Shown: piece by piece, positions 16,670 through 24,843 of the stretch
Layout of the letters: each line of letters opens with the position of its first letter
How positions within the stretch are numbered: position 1 is the stretch's first letter
IMG/VR virus record: IMGVR_UViG_3300044477_000050
Coordinates: 1-24,843 of that record
DNA from: a virus
Lineage: Duplodnaviria > Caudoviricetes
Length of the DNA: 24,843 nucleotides
Strand: one strand, 5' to 3'
Translations under genes and position numbers: made by a program
The notes under the pieces: generated by a model
The model's input: the letters and a program-made list of their open reading frames with translations, nothing else
What the model was told of the DNA's origin: nothing
Database searches by the model: none

Positions 16670-18020
16670 TGATCTCGGAATCGGTGGACTCAATGACACC
16701 GTTGTTCTCGAGATCAACGGGAACGCTCTATCGATTGTTGAGTCGTACGAAATCAAGATCGCCGTAATGACTCAACCGGCGGCGTTTACGCTGCGTTTAG
16801 GCTGGGGAGATACGGCGCGCGAGCTTCTGAAGCTCTGCCCGAAAGGCGGGAAGTTCAAGCTTTCAATCGGCGGTGTACTGGTTCAAAGCGGGATCATTGA
16901 CGGTCGCGCGGTACCGGCGAGTGACGCAACGGTGGTCGAGGTCAAGGGGCGCGACTACATGCGGGCGTTGTTCAACGGCCACGTCGAGGAAGACATCAGC
17001 TTCAAGGAACGCACGTATTACGACGTAACGCGTAAAGTAATGGACCTCGTTGGTCTCGGTGACCACGAACTAGTCGCGGGCAACGGAGCAAATCGCCAGG
17101 CTGTCACGGCTGTCAAAGTCCCATTCGTTCCCACCGAGGAACAAGTCAGGACCGTCGAAACGGGTATCGCCTCGGCGGGTGGCTCGCGCATGGAATTCAA
17201 GGCCTTAAAGGCCGAGGTTTCGCAACGCTGGTACGATTGGTTGCAGGACAAATACAAGCTATCGGGGCTCTTTCTGTGGTGCGCCGGCGATGGTAAATTC
17301 ATCCTTTCGACGCCGCGTCCCAATGTTCAGCCGTGCTTTATCCTGGCTCGCCAACGAGGCGCCCTTCGAAATGCTGTCAACATCACGTCGCATTCGTGGC
17401 GAGACGACGCGACCGGTAGACACGCAAAGTACATCGTTTATGGCCGTTCTGGCGGTGGACGGCGTATCAAAGGTCGCGCCAAAATCAGCGGTGAGTACAT
17501 CGATCCGGAGATGGTCGCAGCAGGAATAACCGACGTTATCACCTACTACGACAACGACGTCGACAGTCCGAAAGAATGCGAATACCTAGCCAAAAGGTAT
17601 GCTTCCGAGGAACGTCGGGCGGGCTGGGAGCTTGCCTATAACGTCGCTGGACACAGTACGCCGTCACTCATAAACGATGGCGTCGCGATATGGGGCCCGG
17701 ATAACGCGGCATTGGTGGCAGACGACGAACTCGGAATCGAAGGGCCACACTACATCGAGTCGGTGACGTTCTCGAAAAAGCCCGAGATGACAAGTCGAAT
17801 CGAGCTGATTCGACCTGAAGATTTGCTTTACATCGCTGAAGAAGACCAATCGACGAAGAGCAAGAAATCGGCAGCGTTCGCAAAGGCAACGACGAAAAAG
17901 ACCCCCGTCGCTGACGAGACAACCGTCAAAGAAACCGACTGGACGCAGTGGACCTGGAAAGAAGATCCGCCGCCAGCTCAAACGCTAACCCCTACGTCAA
18001 TTTTCTACGGTAGCAAATGA
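16656..18020 (+). CDS. Baseplate hub protein (Mu gp44/gpP-like)
   Basis: ESYEI...AFTLRL, SGIID, VKGRD, LFLWC.GDGKFI, YIESVTF motifs; synteny. Confidence 0.87.
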   Translation: MSRPSDLGIGGLNDTVVLEINGNALSIVESYEIKIAVMTQPAAFTLRLGWGDTARELLKLCPKGGKFKLSIGGVLVQSGIIDGRAVPASDATVVEVKGRDYMRALFNGHVEEDISFKERTYYDVTRKVMDLVGLGDHELVAGNGANRQAVTAVKVPFVPTEEQVRTVETGIASAGGSRMEFKALKAEVSQRWYDWLQDKYKLSGLFLWCAGDGKFILSTPRPNVQPCFILARQRGALRNAVNITSHSWRDDATGRHAKYIVYGRSGGGRRIKGRAKISGEYIDPEMVAAGITDVITYYDNDVDSPKECEYLAKRYASEERRAGWELAYNVAGHSTPSLINDGVAIWGPDNAALVADDELGIEGPHYIESVTFSKKPEMTSRIELIRPEDLLYIAEEDQSTKSKKSAAFAKATTKKTPVADETTVKETDWTQWTWKEDPPPAQTLTPTSIFYGSK

Positions 18021-18742
18021 ACACGCGAGTAGGTTTAGCCGTTTCGCTGGCGTACGACGAGGGCGGCATGCTTGGCGTCCAGGTCGACACGAGCAGCAAA
18101 TCGAACGGTGGACACGGGCGCTATGTTGTCGGTTCATTCGGCATCATTGGTAGACCAAAGCCGGCAAACGACGAAGGTGGATCGCTAACCCTATTCGGTG
18201 ACGAGGGGAAAGAAGGTTTTGCCTGGTGCGGATTCGACAATCGTGACCTCGAGAAAGCTCCGCCACTCACAGACGGAAGCGTTGCGCTTTACAATTCAGA
18301 CGGGGCTTACCACCTACTTGACGCGGTAGCGCAAACCGCAACGCTTTACATTCCAGCCGATGAAGGCGCCCACATGATGACCGTGGGGAAAACGGCGTCG
18401 GGTAAACACATCTTCGAATTGCTTCATTCGAACGGGTCACGCTTCACATTGGGCGAAACTGAGACCGTTTGGCGTGGAACCGGAGATGGTTTCATAATGA
18501 TCAAGGGCTCGAACATTACCGCCAACGGTACGTTCAAAGCCGGATCGGCTGACTTTGGCGGAGGCGCGGGCGTGCCACTTGCAACGGCTGCCGGTCTAAT
18601 CGCTGCCATCAATTCGCTAGCGGCTCCGTTCGCAGGCGGAGGCGGCTCGCCGGCAACGTGTGCCCAGATTGCGACGCTTCTTACCGGACTAGCCGCGGCT
18701 CTCGGTGGGCCAGCAGCGACCACGAAGCTCACGGCGATATGA
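18017..18742 (+). CDS. Baseplate central spike (Mu gp45 / P2 gpV-like)
   Basis: FGIIGRP, DNRD...L.DGSVALYNSDG, beta-repeat middle; directly after the hub. Confidence 0.78.
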   Translation: MNTRVGLAVSLAYDEGGMLGVQVDTSSKSNGGHGRYVVGSFGIIGRPKPANDEGGSLTLFGDEGKEGFAWCGFDNRDLEKAPPLTDGSVALYNSDGAYHLLDAVAQTATLYIPADEGAHMMTVGKTASGKHIFELLHSNGSRFTLGETETVWRGTGDGFIMIKGSNITANGTFKAGSADFGGGAGVPLATAAGLIAAINSLAAPFAGGGGSPATCAQIATLLTGLAAALGGPAATTKLTAI

Positions 18743-19125
18743 CCCGGTGCAAGTTTGCGGCTGAGCTTCCGCCGGTCACTGCGATCCTGCCGCCTATCCC
18801 GGGCGCTCCCGAGATGCCACCGGAGCCAGAGATCCCGGCCATCAACGGCAAACCGATTCCAAAGGTCAATATCTTGCCTCCTCCGCTCCCTGTGGCGACC
18901 CCTTCGATTCCCGGTCTCCCTGAGATGCCAACCGTTCCGGAAAAACCATCAGTCGCCATCCTGGTCAACGGAATCGTGGTCCCGAGCGCGACTGTGCCAG
19001 GCTACTCGATACCAGGCGTCAAGGACTTGGTGCCACCGGTTCCCGCGATCCTGCCACCGCTGCCCGGTGCGCCTGAAATGCCAGACTTGCCAATACGCGC
19101 TTGCCCGTTGGACGTGAAGCCATGA
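18739..19125 (+). CDS. Proline-rich repeat protein (128 aa, 36 Pro)
   Basis: Start revised to ATG 18739 (ATGA overlap); ends in an ATGA overlap; internal repeat differs mostly at third codon positions. Confidence 0.75.
   Translation: MTRCKFAAELPPVTAILPPIPGAPEMPPEPEIPAINGKPIPKVNILPPPLPVATPSIPGLPEMPTVPEKPSVAILVNGIVVPSATVPGYSIPGVKDLVPPVPAILPPLPGAPEMPDLPIRACPLDVKP
18769..19083 (+). repeat. 51-bp diverged direct repeat (18769-18819 and 19033-19083)
   Basis: Encodes PPVTAILPPIPGAPEMP and PPVPAILPPLPGAPEMP, 15 of 17 aa identical. Confidence 0.85.
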
Positions 19126-19583
19126 GCGGATTTGGAAGCTACCCTTTCGGCGCTGGTCGATTCGGCCACGACCCGTCGATCCCCAGCGGCCCCCGTGGTG
19201 CGTTTGTTCCTGCGTCGCCTACCTACGACGGCGCAACCGGCGATTTCGCTACCGACGAAAACGGTCGGCGCGTATCGGTTCACCCGGTTGATTTCGGCGT
19301 GCAAATGTCGATGTTCGTCCAGCAAGGCGAGCTGCCGAATGCTCCCGAGATCGGGAACACGCTTCTCCAATGTCGAGAACTCGGAACGAGCCGTCAGAAG
19401 TCCGAGGTCGAGGGGATTATCCGCCGCTCGAATCCTATCGCCAGTTACCTAGCCAACGGATCAATCACAATTACTCGAATCGACCAAGAACTACGCGTAA
19501 GCACGGGCGCCTTGCTGGTCGCGATCCATTACACGAACAATCTTACCGGTCGCAGTGAGACCGCGCGGAACAATGCGCAATGA
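19122..19583 (+). CDS. Baseplate wedge / sheath initiator (Mu gp46 / T4 gp25-like)
   Basis: Start revised to ATG 19122 (ATGA overlap); GDF..DENG, QGEL...PEIG, I.YTNNLTG; precedes baseplate J. Confidence 0.72.
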   Translation: MSGFGSYPFGAGRFGHDPSIPSGPRGAFVPASPTYDGATGDFATDENGRRVSVHPVDFGVQMSMFVQQGELPNAPEIGNTLLQCRELGTSRQKSEVEGIIRRSNPIASYLANGSITITRIDQELRVSTGALLVAIHYTNNLTGRSETARNNAQ

Positions 19584-21061
19584 TTGACGGTACTTTTAAG
19601 GCTAAAACGGCCGCTGATTGGGAGAATGACTTCAAGCGCTTCGCGAAGATGCGCAACCCAAACGCGAAGACCGGGCCCGGCGAATACCTCGACTTAGCTG
19701 CTAAAAACGTGGCGAGTATGCTGATGTACTCGTCGAATGATGCGCTGCAAATCGCGGCAATGGCGTCATTGCAGGACAAGACGGGAACCCAGCTTGACGA
19801 CGTTGGGCGGCCTGTTTCCGAGGGCGGAATCGGGTTACCGAGGCCGGGGGCGAAGGGAGCGGCTGGCGTCGTTACTGTTGCAACGGTTAACGCGGGCTCA
19901 TCAATCGAAGCTGGTGACGAGCTTCTTTTTGAGAACGGTGTCGCTTACCAATGCGCAAAGTCAAAGCGGTACTTTAACGGCGAAACGCTAACCGTTACCT
20001 GCAAAGAAACTGGACCAGGAACGAATCTTCCAGTCGGATCTCAGCTTGTATGGTCGAGCCCACGCCCCGGATGTTTTGCCAATGCGGTTGTATCGACGCC
20101 CGGTCTCATCGGCGGCCGCGAGGCAATGGAAGACGACGAGTACCGAGAGCTTTTGGCGGATGCGTTGGCAAACCCCGCGACGTCAGACAACGACGCGCTG
20201 CTTCACAAGCTCATCATGGATTCGTCGGCTCACGGCGTACCAGTTGAGCGCTCCTTCACGATTCCGTGTATTCGCGGCGCGGCAACCACGGCGTTCACCT
20301 TCACCATGAAGGGAACGAACCGTAACGCCTCAAGGTGTCCGAGTTTCGATCTAATCAACACCGTAGGCGCTTACATCGAGCAACAAATAAACGTCACTGA
20401 CGGGATATTCAAGATCCCGTTAGAAAGCTCGTTTATTTCGTGTTCATTTCGCGTTTCGTGGCTCGATCATGGCTGGGCTGACTCGATGCCATGGCCGCCG
20501 TATCGCCCGCTGGCAACGCGCTATGTGGTAACAGAAATTGGCACGGCGTATCAATTCACGGTTGGCATTGTCGGCGGTAACTATACCGGCGCACAAGCCC
20601 CGGCAATTGGTCAATCTATCGGGTTTTTTACGAGCGACGCCCGTGTTGTTCGAAAGGTAATCTCTAACGTTTCCGGCGCTGGTCCGTGGTTAATCACCTG
20701 CGAAACAGGCGCTGAATCGTCAGACGGTACGTATGTCCCGGGAATCAGCAAATGGGTAATGCCTTGGTCTGACTCCCTTCAAACCATTGCCGATCTCACG
20801 CTGGAATTTGTCAATAAGATGGGCCCCGGGCAAGCCATCTCGGTCCTGCCAGATGAGAGCATGCGTATGGCGCGCATTCCTGAGGATATGCCAAATCAAT
20901 GGCCGTCGAAAATGAATGGCGCTTTGCTCGGAAAAATCTTGTCACTAAGCAACGTCCGCAACGCCAAACACGAAGACGGAGCGGACTTCGAAACGCCTGT
21001 CGGTGGACTCGTTACCCTATACCTAGCGAGACTCGCTAGCTTCGCGGTGTATCCGTTATGA
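19580..21061 (+). CDS. Baseplate J / Mu gp47-like wedge protein
   Basis: TGTQLDD.G...GL.R..A..A.G.VT, C.ETGPGTNL, GGRE.MEDDEYR motifs. Confidence 0.9.
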   Translation: MIDGTFKAKTAADWENDFKRFAKMRNPNAKTGPGEYLDLAAKNVASMLMYSSNDALQIAAMASLQDKTGTQLDDVGRPVSEGGIGLPRPGAKGAAGVVTVATVNAGSSIEAGDELLFENGVAYQCAKSKRYFNGETLTVTCKETGPGTNLPVGSQLVWSSPRPGCFANAVVSTPGLIGGREAMEDDEYRELLADALANPATSDNDALLHKLIMDSSAHGVPVERSFTIPCIRGAATTAFTFTMKGTNRNASRCPSFDLINTVGAYIEQQINVTDGIFKIPLESSFISCSFRVSWLDHGWADSMPWPPYRPLATRYVVTEIGTAYQFTVGIVGGNYTGAQAPAIGQSIGFFTSDARVVRKVISNVSGAGPWLITCETGAESSDGTYVPGISKWVMPWSDSLQTIADLTLEFVNKMGPGQAISVLPDESMRMARIPEDMPNQWPSKMNGALLGKILSLSNVRNAKHEDGADFETPVGGLVTLYLARLASFAVYPL

Positions 21062-21600
21062 CAACCCCAGAAACTCCTACGTTCTGCACATTCGACGGCG
21101 CGCCAGACGGCAGCGTCTACCCGTATCGTCCCGGCGTGGATGACATGGGCGGCGCAGCTTTCGAGGATGACGCGCAGTTTCCTCCAAGAAAGCGCGAGCA
21201 GGTAGCGGCGGGCGACATAAACCAAATCGAAGAACTAGTTGTTCGCGCTTGCCGAATGGTGCCAGCTGCAAAGTTCGACATTACCTACAACAGTTCTGGT
21301 TTATCACTGAACGGGTTCAAATCGGTAAATTCAACATTAACCCGCGATGATGTGACGCTTTCATCGGTGACACACCCAACGCTTGGTCCTTCGATTCGAG
21401 TTGGTTGGGCTGTTCACAAATTACCACCAGCAACCGTTGGCCCAACGGTTACAATGATCTCAAATAGCACGGGCGGGGGAGCGGCGATAGCGCAGTTCAT
21501 AACCGGATTACTGTCAGGGTTTTGGATTAGCTACACGGCTGGCGGCTACTTTCGCGCGGTAATTGAGATCGACGGCGACGGCGAGTTTGGCTTCTCCTAA
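21058..21600 (+). CDS. Hypothetical baseplate/short fibre-like protein
   Basis: ATGA and TAATG coupling; VAAGDINQIE motif followed by a beta-rich domain. Confidence 0.6.
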   Translation: MTTPETPTFCTFDGAPDGSVYPYRPGVDDMGGAAFEDDAQFPPRKREQVAAGDINQIEELVVRACRMVPAAKFDITYNSSGLSLNGFKSVNSTLTRDDVTLSSVTHPTLGPSIRVGWAVHKLPPATVGPTVTMISNSTGGGAAIAQFITGLLSGFWISYTAGGYFRAVIEIDGDGEFGFS

Positions 21601-22616
21601 TGGCCTCTCAATTCTCAGAATTCGCCCCGAGCGGGATTCGCTTCTCCGCGCGTAAGCCGCATTCGGAGAAGTATTACGAAACGCTTAAAGCTCAATGGGG
21701 CAGCCTTTTTGCTGATGATCCAACGGCGGATATCAACGTCGAGATCTTCGCACTGGCTAAGTGCTTGGGGTTGGCGCGTGAACAATTAGAGCGCGCCGGA
21801 AACCAAACGAACCCGAAGAGATGCGTCGAGTTGCTACCGAAGCTTGAACGCGACTACAAGATCTCGCCAGCTCCAAACGCAACCATTCGCGAGCGTCAAG
21901 ACGCGCTAACGGCGGCCAAGGCTGTAAAAGGCGGCGCGCTTATTGGACCGCTTCGTGACGGTTTACGCGCAATTCTTGGTGATAAATTGTTAGCGGTTGT
22001 CCCGCAATCAATTGGTGACATCGGGACCGGTGGTATGTTCCCGGACACGAACACGCCTCACATTACGGGACCTGGAACATTCAAGTCACTTGGTGATAGA
22101 TTTAAGATTGTCACAATAGATCGCACTGTTCCCATTGGCTCAATACCGGTTTGGTACACGTACAAACCAGGAGCAGAACCATTGATCGCCGGTGAAAAGC
22201 TGACGATAAACCCAGACGGATGGGGTAACTGTGAAACCGTTACAGTCACAAAAGGCAGCGAATCATACGAGTCGTTGCCGCGTTATGGCGAAGATGAGCA
22301 CGGCGCGGAATCGATTGTGCTTTATGACGCTATTTTTCTCGCGACGTTTACGAGGTCTCACTCGTTGGGCGAAAAAGCAACAACTGCAACTATGCCGATT
22401 TGGACTTCGATTCGCAGGCTTGTGAACATCGTTGTTGAGCAGTCGGCATTTAGTGACGCGAAGCTGATATCAAGAGTCAATCGCTACATGCGCAAGTCGA
22501 TCGGTAAAGCTGTGCAGTGGAACATCATTGCAAGCTCAGGCGCAGGTACAAGCGGGCCCTTCATGATCGGTAGCTCAATTATGGGGCAAACCCCAATCTC
22601 GACGGTTAACTACTAA
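21600..22616 (+). CDS. Baseplate wedge protein (Mu gp48 / YmfQ-like) with an inserted beta domain
   Basis: P..CVELLPKLERDYKI.P..NATIRERQDAL.A signature; position before the fibre gene. Confidence 0.78.
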   Translation: MASQFSEFAPSGIRFSARKPHSEKYYETLKAQWGSLFADDPTADINVEIFALAKCLGLAREQLERAGNQTNPKRCVELLPKLERDYKISPAPNATIRERQDALTAAKAVKGGALIGPLRDGLRAILGDKLLAVVPQSIGDIGTGGMFPDTNTPHITGPGTFKSLGDRFKIVTIDRTVPIGSIPVWYTYKPGAEPLIAGEKLTINPDGWGNCETVTVTKGSESYESLPRYGEDEHGAESIVLYDAIFLATFTRSHSLGEKATTATMPIWTSIRRLVNIVVEQSAFSDAKLISRVNRYMRKSIGKAVQWNIIASSGAGTSGPFMIGSSIMGQTPISTVNY

Positions 22617-23431
22617 TGGCAAACTTTACACGCGTTCGAGAGCTTGGAATGTGGATCGCAGGGATCCTGTGGCCTTCTGAGCTAGAAAAGTTCGACAGTC
22701 AGCTATCGAAGGCGGTCAATGGCGAAGGTGGAACTTACTCACCGACAACACCGATTGTCATTAACGGTTCCAGCGGGTTAAACATTGGAGCAAACGGTAG
22801 GATTGACTGTGACGGTGTTATAAATATAAGATCCGGTGGTCAGTTATACAATTCAGCCGGATCATCGGTATCGTTTTCCTCGGCAAGCCTAACAGGCACA
22901 ACGGCTGTAGCTGGGACGCTGAGTATCGGCAGCGGCGGAACGCTTAGCATTGGAGCCGGCGGCGCGCTGAGCATGTCAGCGTCATCGGTGGCGACCATCA
23001 ACGGTGGGTGCACGATAGGCAGTACTGGATCAGGATTCACGATTAACGCGACGACATGTACGTCAGCTGCTAACACTACGCATAACGGCACGGTAACAAT
23101 TAACGGTACATTAACCGTTGAAAACGTTGAGGTGCACTCCGGGGTTTTCTACGACGGAATCACCGCAAATGTGAACATGTATGCTTACAAAAAAAGCATC
23201 TGGGTGCGCGCCACCGGATCGTCACTCGTTGTTATTAGTGGATTCGATGCAGCGTTACCAGTTGGAGCTGAATTCACGGTTTATAATTGCGGAAGCGTAG
23301 AATTTACATTCCGAGCAAACGCAGCGCACAACGCAAACGTTCCGGCAAAATCAATGCGCACCTATCGGAAGTTAGATCTAAACGCTGATATTAATTCGTA
23401 CATAACGATAGCTACACCGACTGGAGCTTAA
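22616..23431 (+). CDS. Tail fibre / receptor-binding protein
   Basis: N-terminal anchor, Gly/Ser/Thr beta repeats, C-terminal LPVGAEFTVYN.G domain; visibly more AT-rich. Confidence 0.75.
   Translation: MANFTRVRELGMWIAGILWPSELEKFDSQLSKAVNGEGGTYSPTTPIVINGSSGLNIGANGRIDCDGVINIRSGGQLYNSAGSSVSFSSASLTGTTAVAGTLSIGSGGTLSIGAGGALSMSASSVATINGGCTIGSTGSGFTINATTCTSAANTTHNGTVTINGTLTVENVEVHSGVFYDGITANVNMYAYKKSIWVRATGSSLVVISGFDAALPVGAEFTVYNCGSVEFTFRANAAHNANVPAKSMRTYRKLDLNADINSYITIATPTGA
22913..22975 (+). repeat. 24-bp tandem coding repeat (GTLSIGSG/GTLSIGAG/GALSM)
   Basis: About 2.6 units with an 8-aa period in the fibre shaft. Confidence 0.7.
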
Positions 23432-24189
23432 TCGACGAATGAGCAATGTGGAGTTGTGCCGTCTTGCAAACCAACAACAACGTTCATTGCGTCAAAACAC
23501 TTCGTTTTTCCTTCAGTGTAGTCGTTGACGCAAACCACACACGCATTGTAGCAAGCCACATCGAACTTAGTCGCGTTCGTGGTGCACATTCGATTGCCGC
23601 TCACTCGGCAAATGGTTTTAGTGATCGGTAGTCGCGTCAAGCAAACGCTTGGATTTGACGGGTCGTTGTAGTCCTCGCAGGCCCTGCCGGCGTAGTTGTG
23701 GGAGGCGCAGTCAGCCGGGGCAGCTATGGTTGTAGTGGCCGCCACGGACGTTCCGCCTGTAGCAGTGGATCCGCCAAACACGGAAGAGCCACCGAAAGTC
23801 GAGCTTCCGCCGGTCGCGCTAGAGCCCCCGAAGCTCGACGCTCCGCCAACTGGCTTGACTGTCGCGGTTGCCCCGCCTGTTGAAGTCGTCACCGTCGCCG
23901 CTGTCTGCCCTCCGTAGCTCGTTGTCGATGTTATTGCGACACTTCCGCCGGTAGCCTTAGTAACCGTCGTTAAAACCGCGCTAGTGCCGCCGGTAGCCGC
24001 TTCCGTAGCTAATCCAAATTGGCTCCCACCATTGGTCGAACTCGACGACTCGATCGCCGTTTGCTCGGACAATCCACCGTTCGCGGTATCGGATCCGCCA
24101 ACCCCAGAAACCTCTTGGGGCTGCATATCCGCCCCGCATGCCGTTAGCAGTCCAAAAACCAAGCCAAGCGTAATCGATCGGTTGCACAT
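23428..24189 (-). CDS. Lipoprotein (253 aa) with a Gly/Ser/Thr stalk and a Cys-rich C-terminal domain; moron-like
   Basis: Start revised to ATG 24189 (or GTG 24192) with GAGAGGA upstream; signal MCNRSITLGLVFGLLTA-C has lipobox LTAC; 10 Cys in the last ~93 aa. Confidence 0.82.
   Translation of the reverse strand: MCNRSITLGLVFGLLTACGADMQPQEVSGVGGSDTANGGLSEQTAIESSSSTNGGSQFGLATEAATGGTSAVLTTVTKATGGSVAITSTTSYGGQTAATVTTSTGGATATVKPVGGASSFGGSSATGGSSTFGGSSVFGGSTATGGTSVAATTTIAAPADCASHNYAGRACEDYNDPSNPSVCLTRLPITKTICRVSGNRMCTTNATKFDVACYNACVVCVNDYTEGKTKCFDAMNVVVGLQDGTTPHCSFVD
23746..23847 (-). repeat. 18-bp-period coding repeat (GGASSF/GGSSAT/GGSSTF/GGSSVF/GGSTAT/GGTS)
   Basis: 6-aa units in the lipoprotein stalk. 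Confidence 0.75.
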
Positions 24190-24211
24190 CACTCGTTCAT
24201 CCTCTCGGCTA

Positions 24212-24240
24212 ATGGTGCACTGGGTCCACACGGCTCGCAA
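24212..24240 (-). promoter_or_regulatory. Candidate sigma70-like promoter for the lipoprotein gene
   Basis: On the minus strand TTGCGA-N17-CACCAT, just upstream of the RBS; partial consensus match only. Confidence 0.35.
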
Positions 24241-24300
24241 CTTCGACGTTTGCGTTAGTTCGTAAGCGCTCGTTTTCCTTTTGGAATTTGTAAAGGTAAC

Positions 24301-24843
24301 ATGCCTCAAGCTACTCTTTACGCCTCGGTAAGTGGCGGAACCCCCTCACGCGGGCACGTTGTCGCGACACTCGGACAGACGATTCGGTTTTCGCGAGCCG
24401 CCGCCGATGGCGTTCGAACTTGTAAATACGAGCTCTACGCGTACCCGCCCGGTTTCGCTTGCCCTTCCGGGTGGACCAACGAGAGTGGGGTCTATGTTTT
24501 CTATGGCGAGCTTCCGCCAGTAATTACCGTTTCGCTTTGGGGAAAGTACATTCCGCGTTTGCGACTCAATGGCGCGAGCGATGTCGATGCTTCTGGATTG
24601 GTCGACTCAAGCACTGGTGTTGAGGTTTATTCAACGACTGGCGTTCGTGACATTGCGGACCGCGAAGAACAACAGTTCGGCGGTGTCCCGGCTTCGATTC
24701 AGGCGACATTAAGGAAAATTGAATCAGGCGAAGCTACTCGGATCCCCCTCACCTTCAACGGTGTAACGCAAAACGTAAGCGGGATAAGCCTTGCAGGTGG
24801 GCTCACGGCTTCGGTTGACGGGGTTACCAATGTGGCAAGCGTT
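24301..24843 (+). CDS. Partial virion/fibre-type protein (MPQATLYASVSGG..., at least 181 aa, runs off the window)
   Basis: ATG 24301 preceded by AAAGGT; frame open without a stop to the window end; absent from the ORF track. Confidence 0.8.
   Translation, partial: MPQATLYASVSGGTPSRGHVVATLGQTIRFSRAAADGVRTCKYELYAYPPGFACPSGWTNESGVYVFYGELPPVITVSLWGKYIPRLRLNGASDVDASGLVDSSTGVEVYSTTGVRDIADREEQQFGGVPASIQATLRKIESGEATRIPLTFNGVTQNVSGISLAGGLTASVDGVTNVASV

Larger units (their letters stand above)
1..24843 (+). mobile_element. Phage/prophage virion morphogenesis module (contractile tail, Mu-like portal and baseplate, HK97-type protease); both ends lie outside the window
   Basis: Co-directional, tightly coupled terminase-portal-protease-capsid-sheath-tube-tape measure-baseplate-fibre gene order. 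Confidence 0.97.

Noticed and set aside
24190-24309. N-terminal 40 aa of the 293-aa minus-strand ORF as given in the track
   Set aside because: Would bury the signal peptide and overlap the 24301 gene; the RBS and lipobox favour 24189/24192.
24332-24523. 63-aa + strand ORF
   Set aside because: Out-of-frame shadow of the longer ORF starting at 24301.
1-24843. Tailocin, eCIS or gene transfer agent interpretation
   Set aside because: A full head and packaging module excludes tailocin/eCIS. A GTA cannot be supported without flanking context, and the moron and variable fibre region fit a phage.
22616-24843. Diversity-generating retroelement or invertible fibre cassette
   Set aside because: No reverse transcriptase, invertase, adenine-mismatched repeat pair or flanking inverted repeats visible in this window.

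Overview
Almost the whole window is one + strand late (virion morphogenesis) operon of a contractile-tailed (myovirus-type) phage or prophage. Gene order: TerS, TerL, two unassigned beta-rich proteins, DUF935/Mu gp29-like portal, HK97-type prohead protease with scaffold, cement protein, major capsid, head-tail connectors, sheath, tube, two paralogous tail assembly chaperones, tape measure, Mu-like baseplate and fibre genes. Most genes are translationally coupled (TAATG, ATGA or TTGA overlaps). One minus-strand lipoprotein gene with a Gly/Ser/Thr stalk and a 10-Cys head interrupts the fibre region; its style suggests a myxobacterial host (inference). I saw no integrase, transposase, lysis, tRNA, rRNA or CRISPR feature. 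Features the ORF track misses or does not explain: (1) a predicted -1 frameshift (CCCTTTA, 12737-12743) whose product ends exactly on the next ATG; (2) a duplicated chaperone; (3) a perfect three-stem pseudoknot candidate between the tube and chaperone genes; (4) a shared ACACACA-ATG motif in front of the high-copy structural genes; (5) a 28% proline protein in the spike-tip position; (6) a run-off ORF from 24301. Product calls come from motif recognition and synteny by eye, not database searches.
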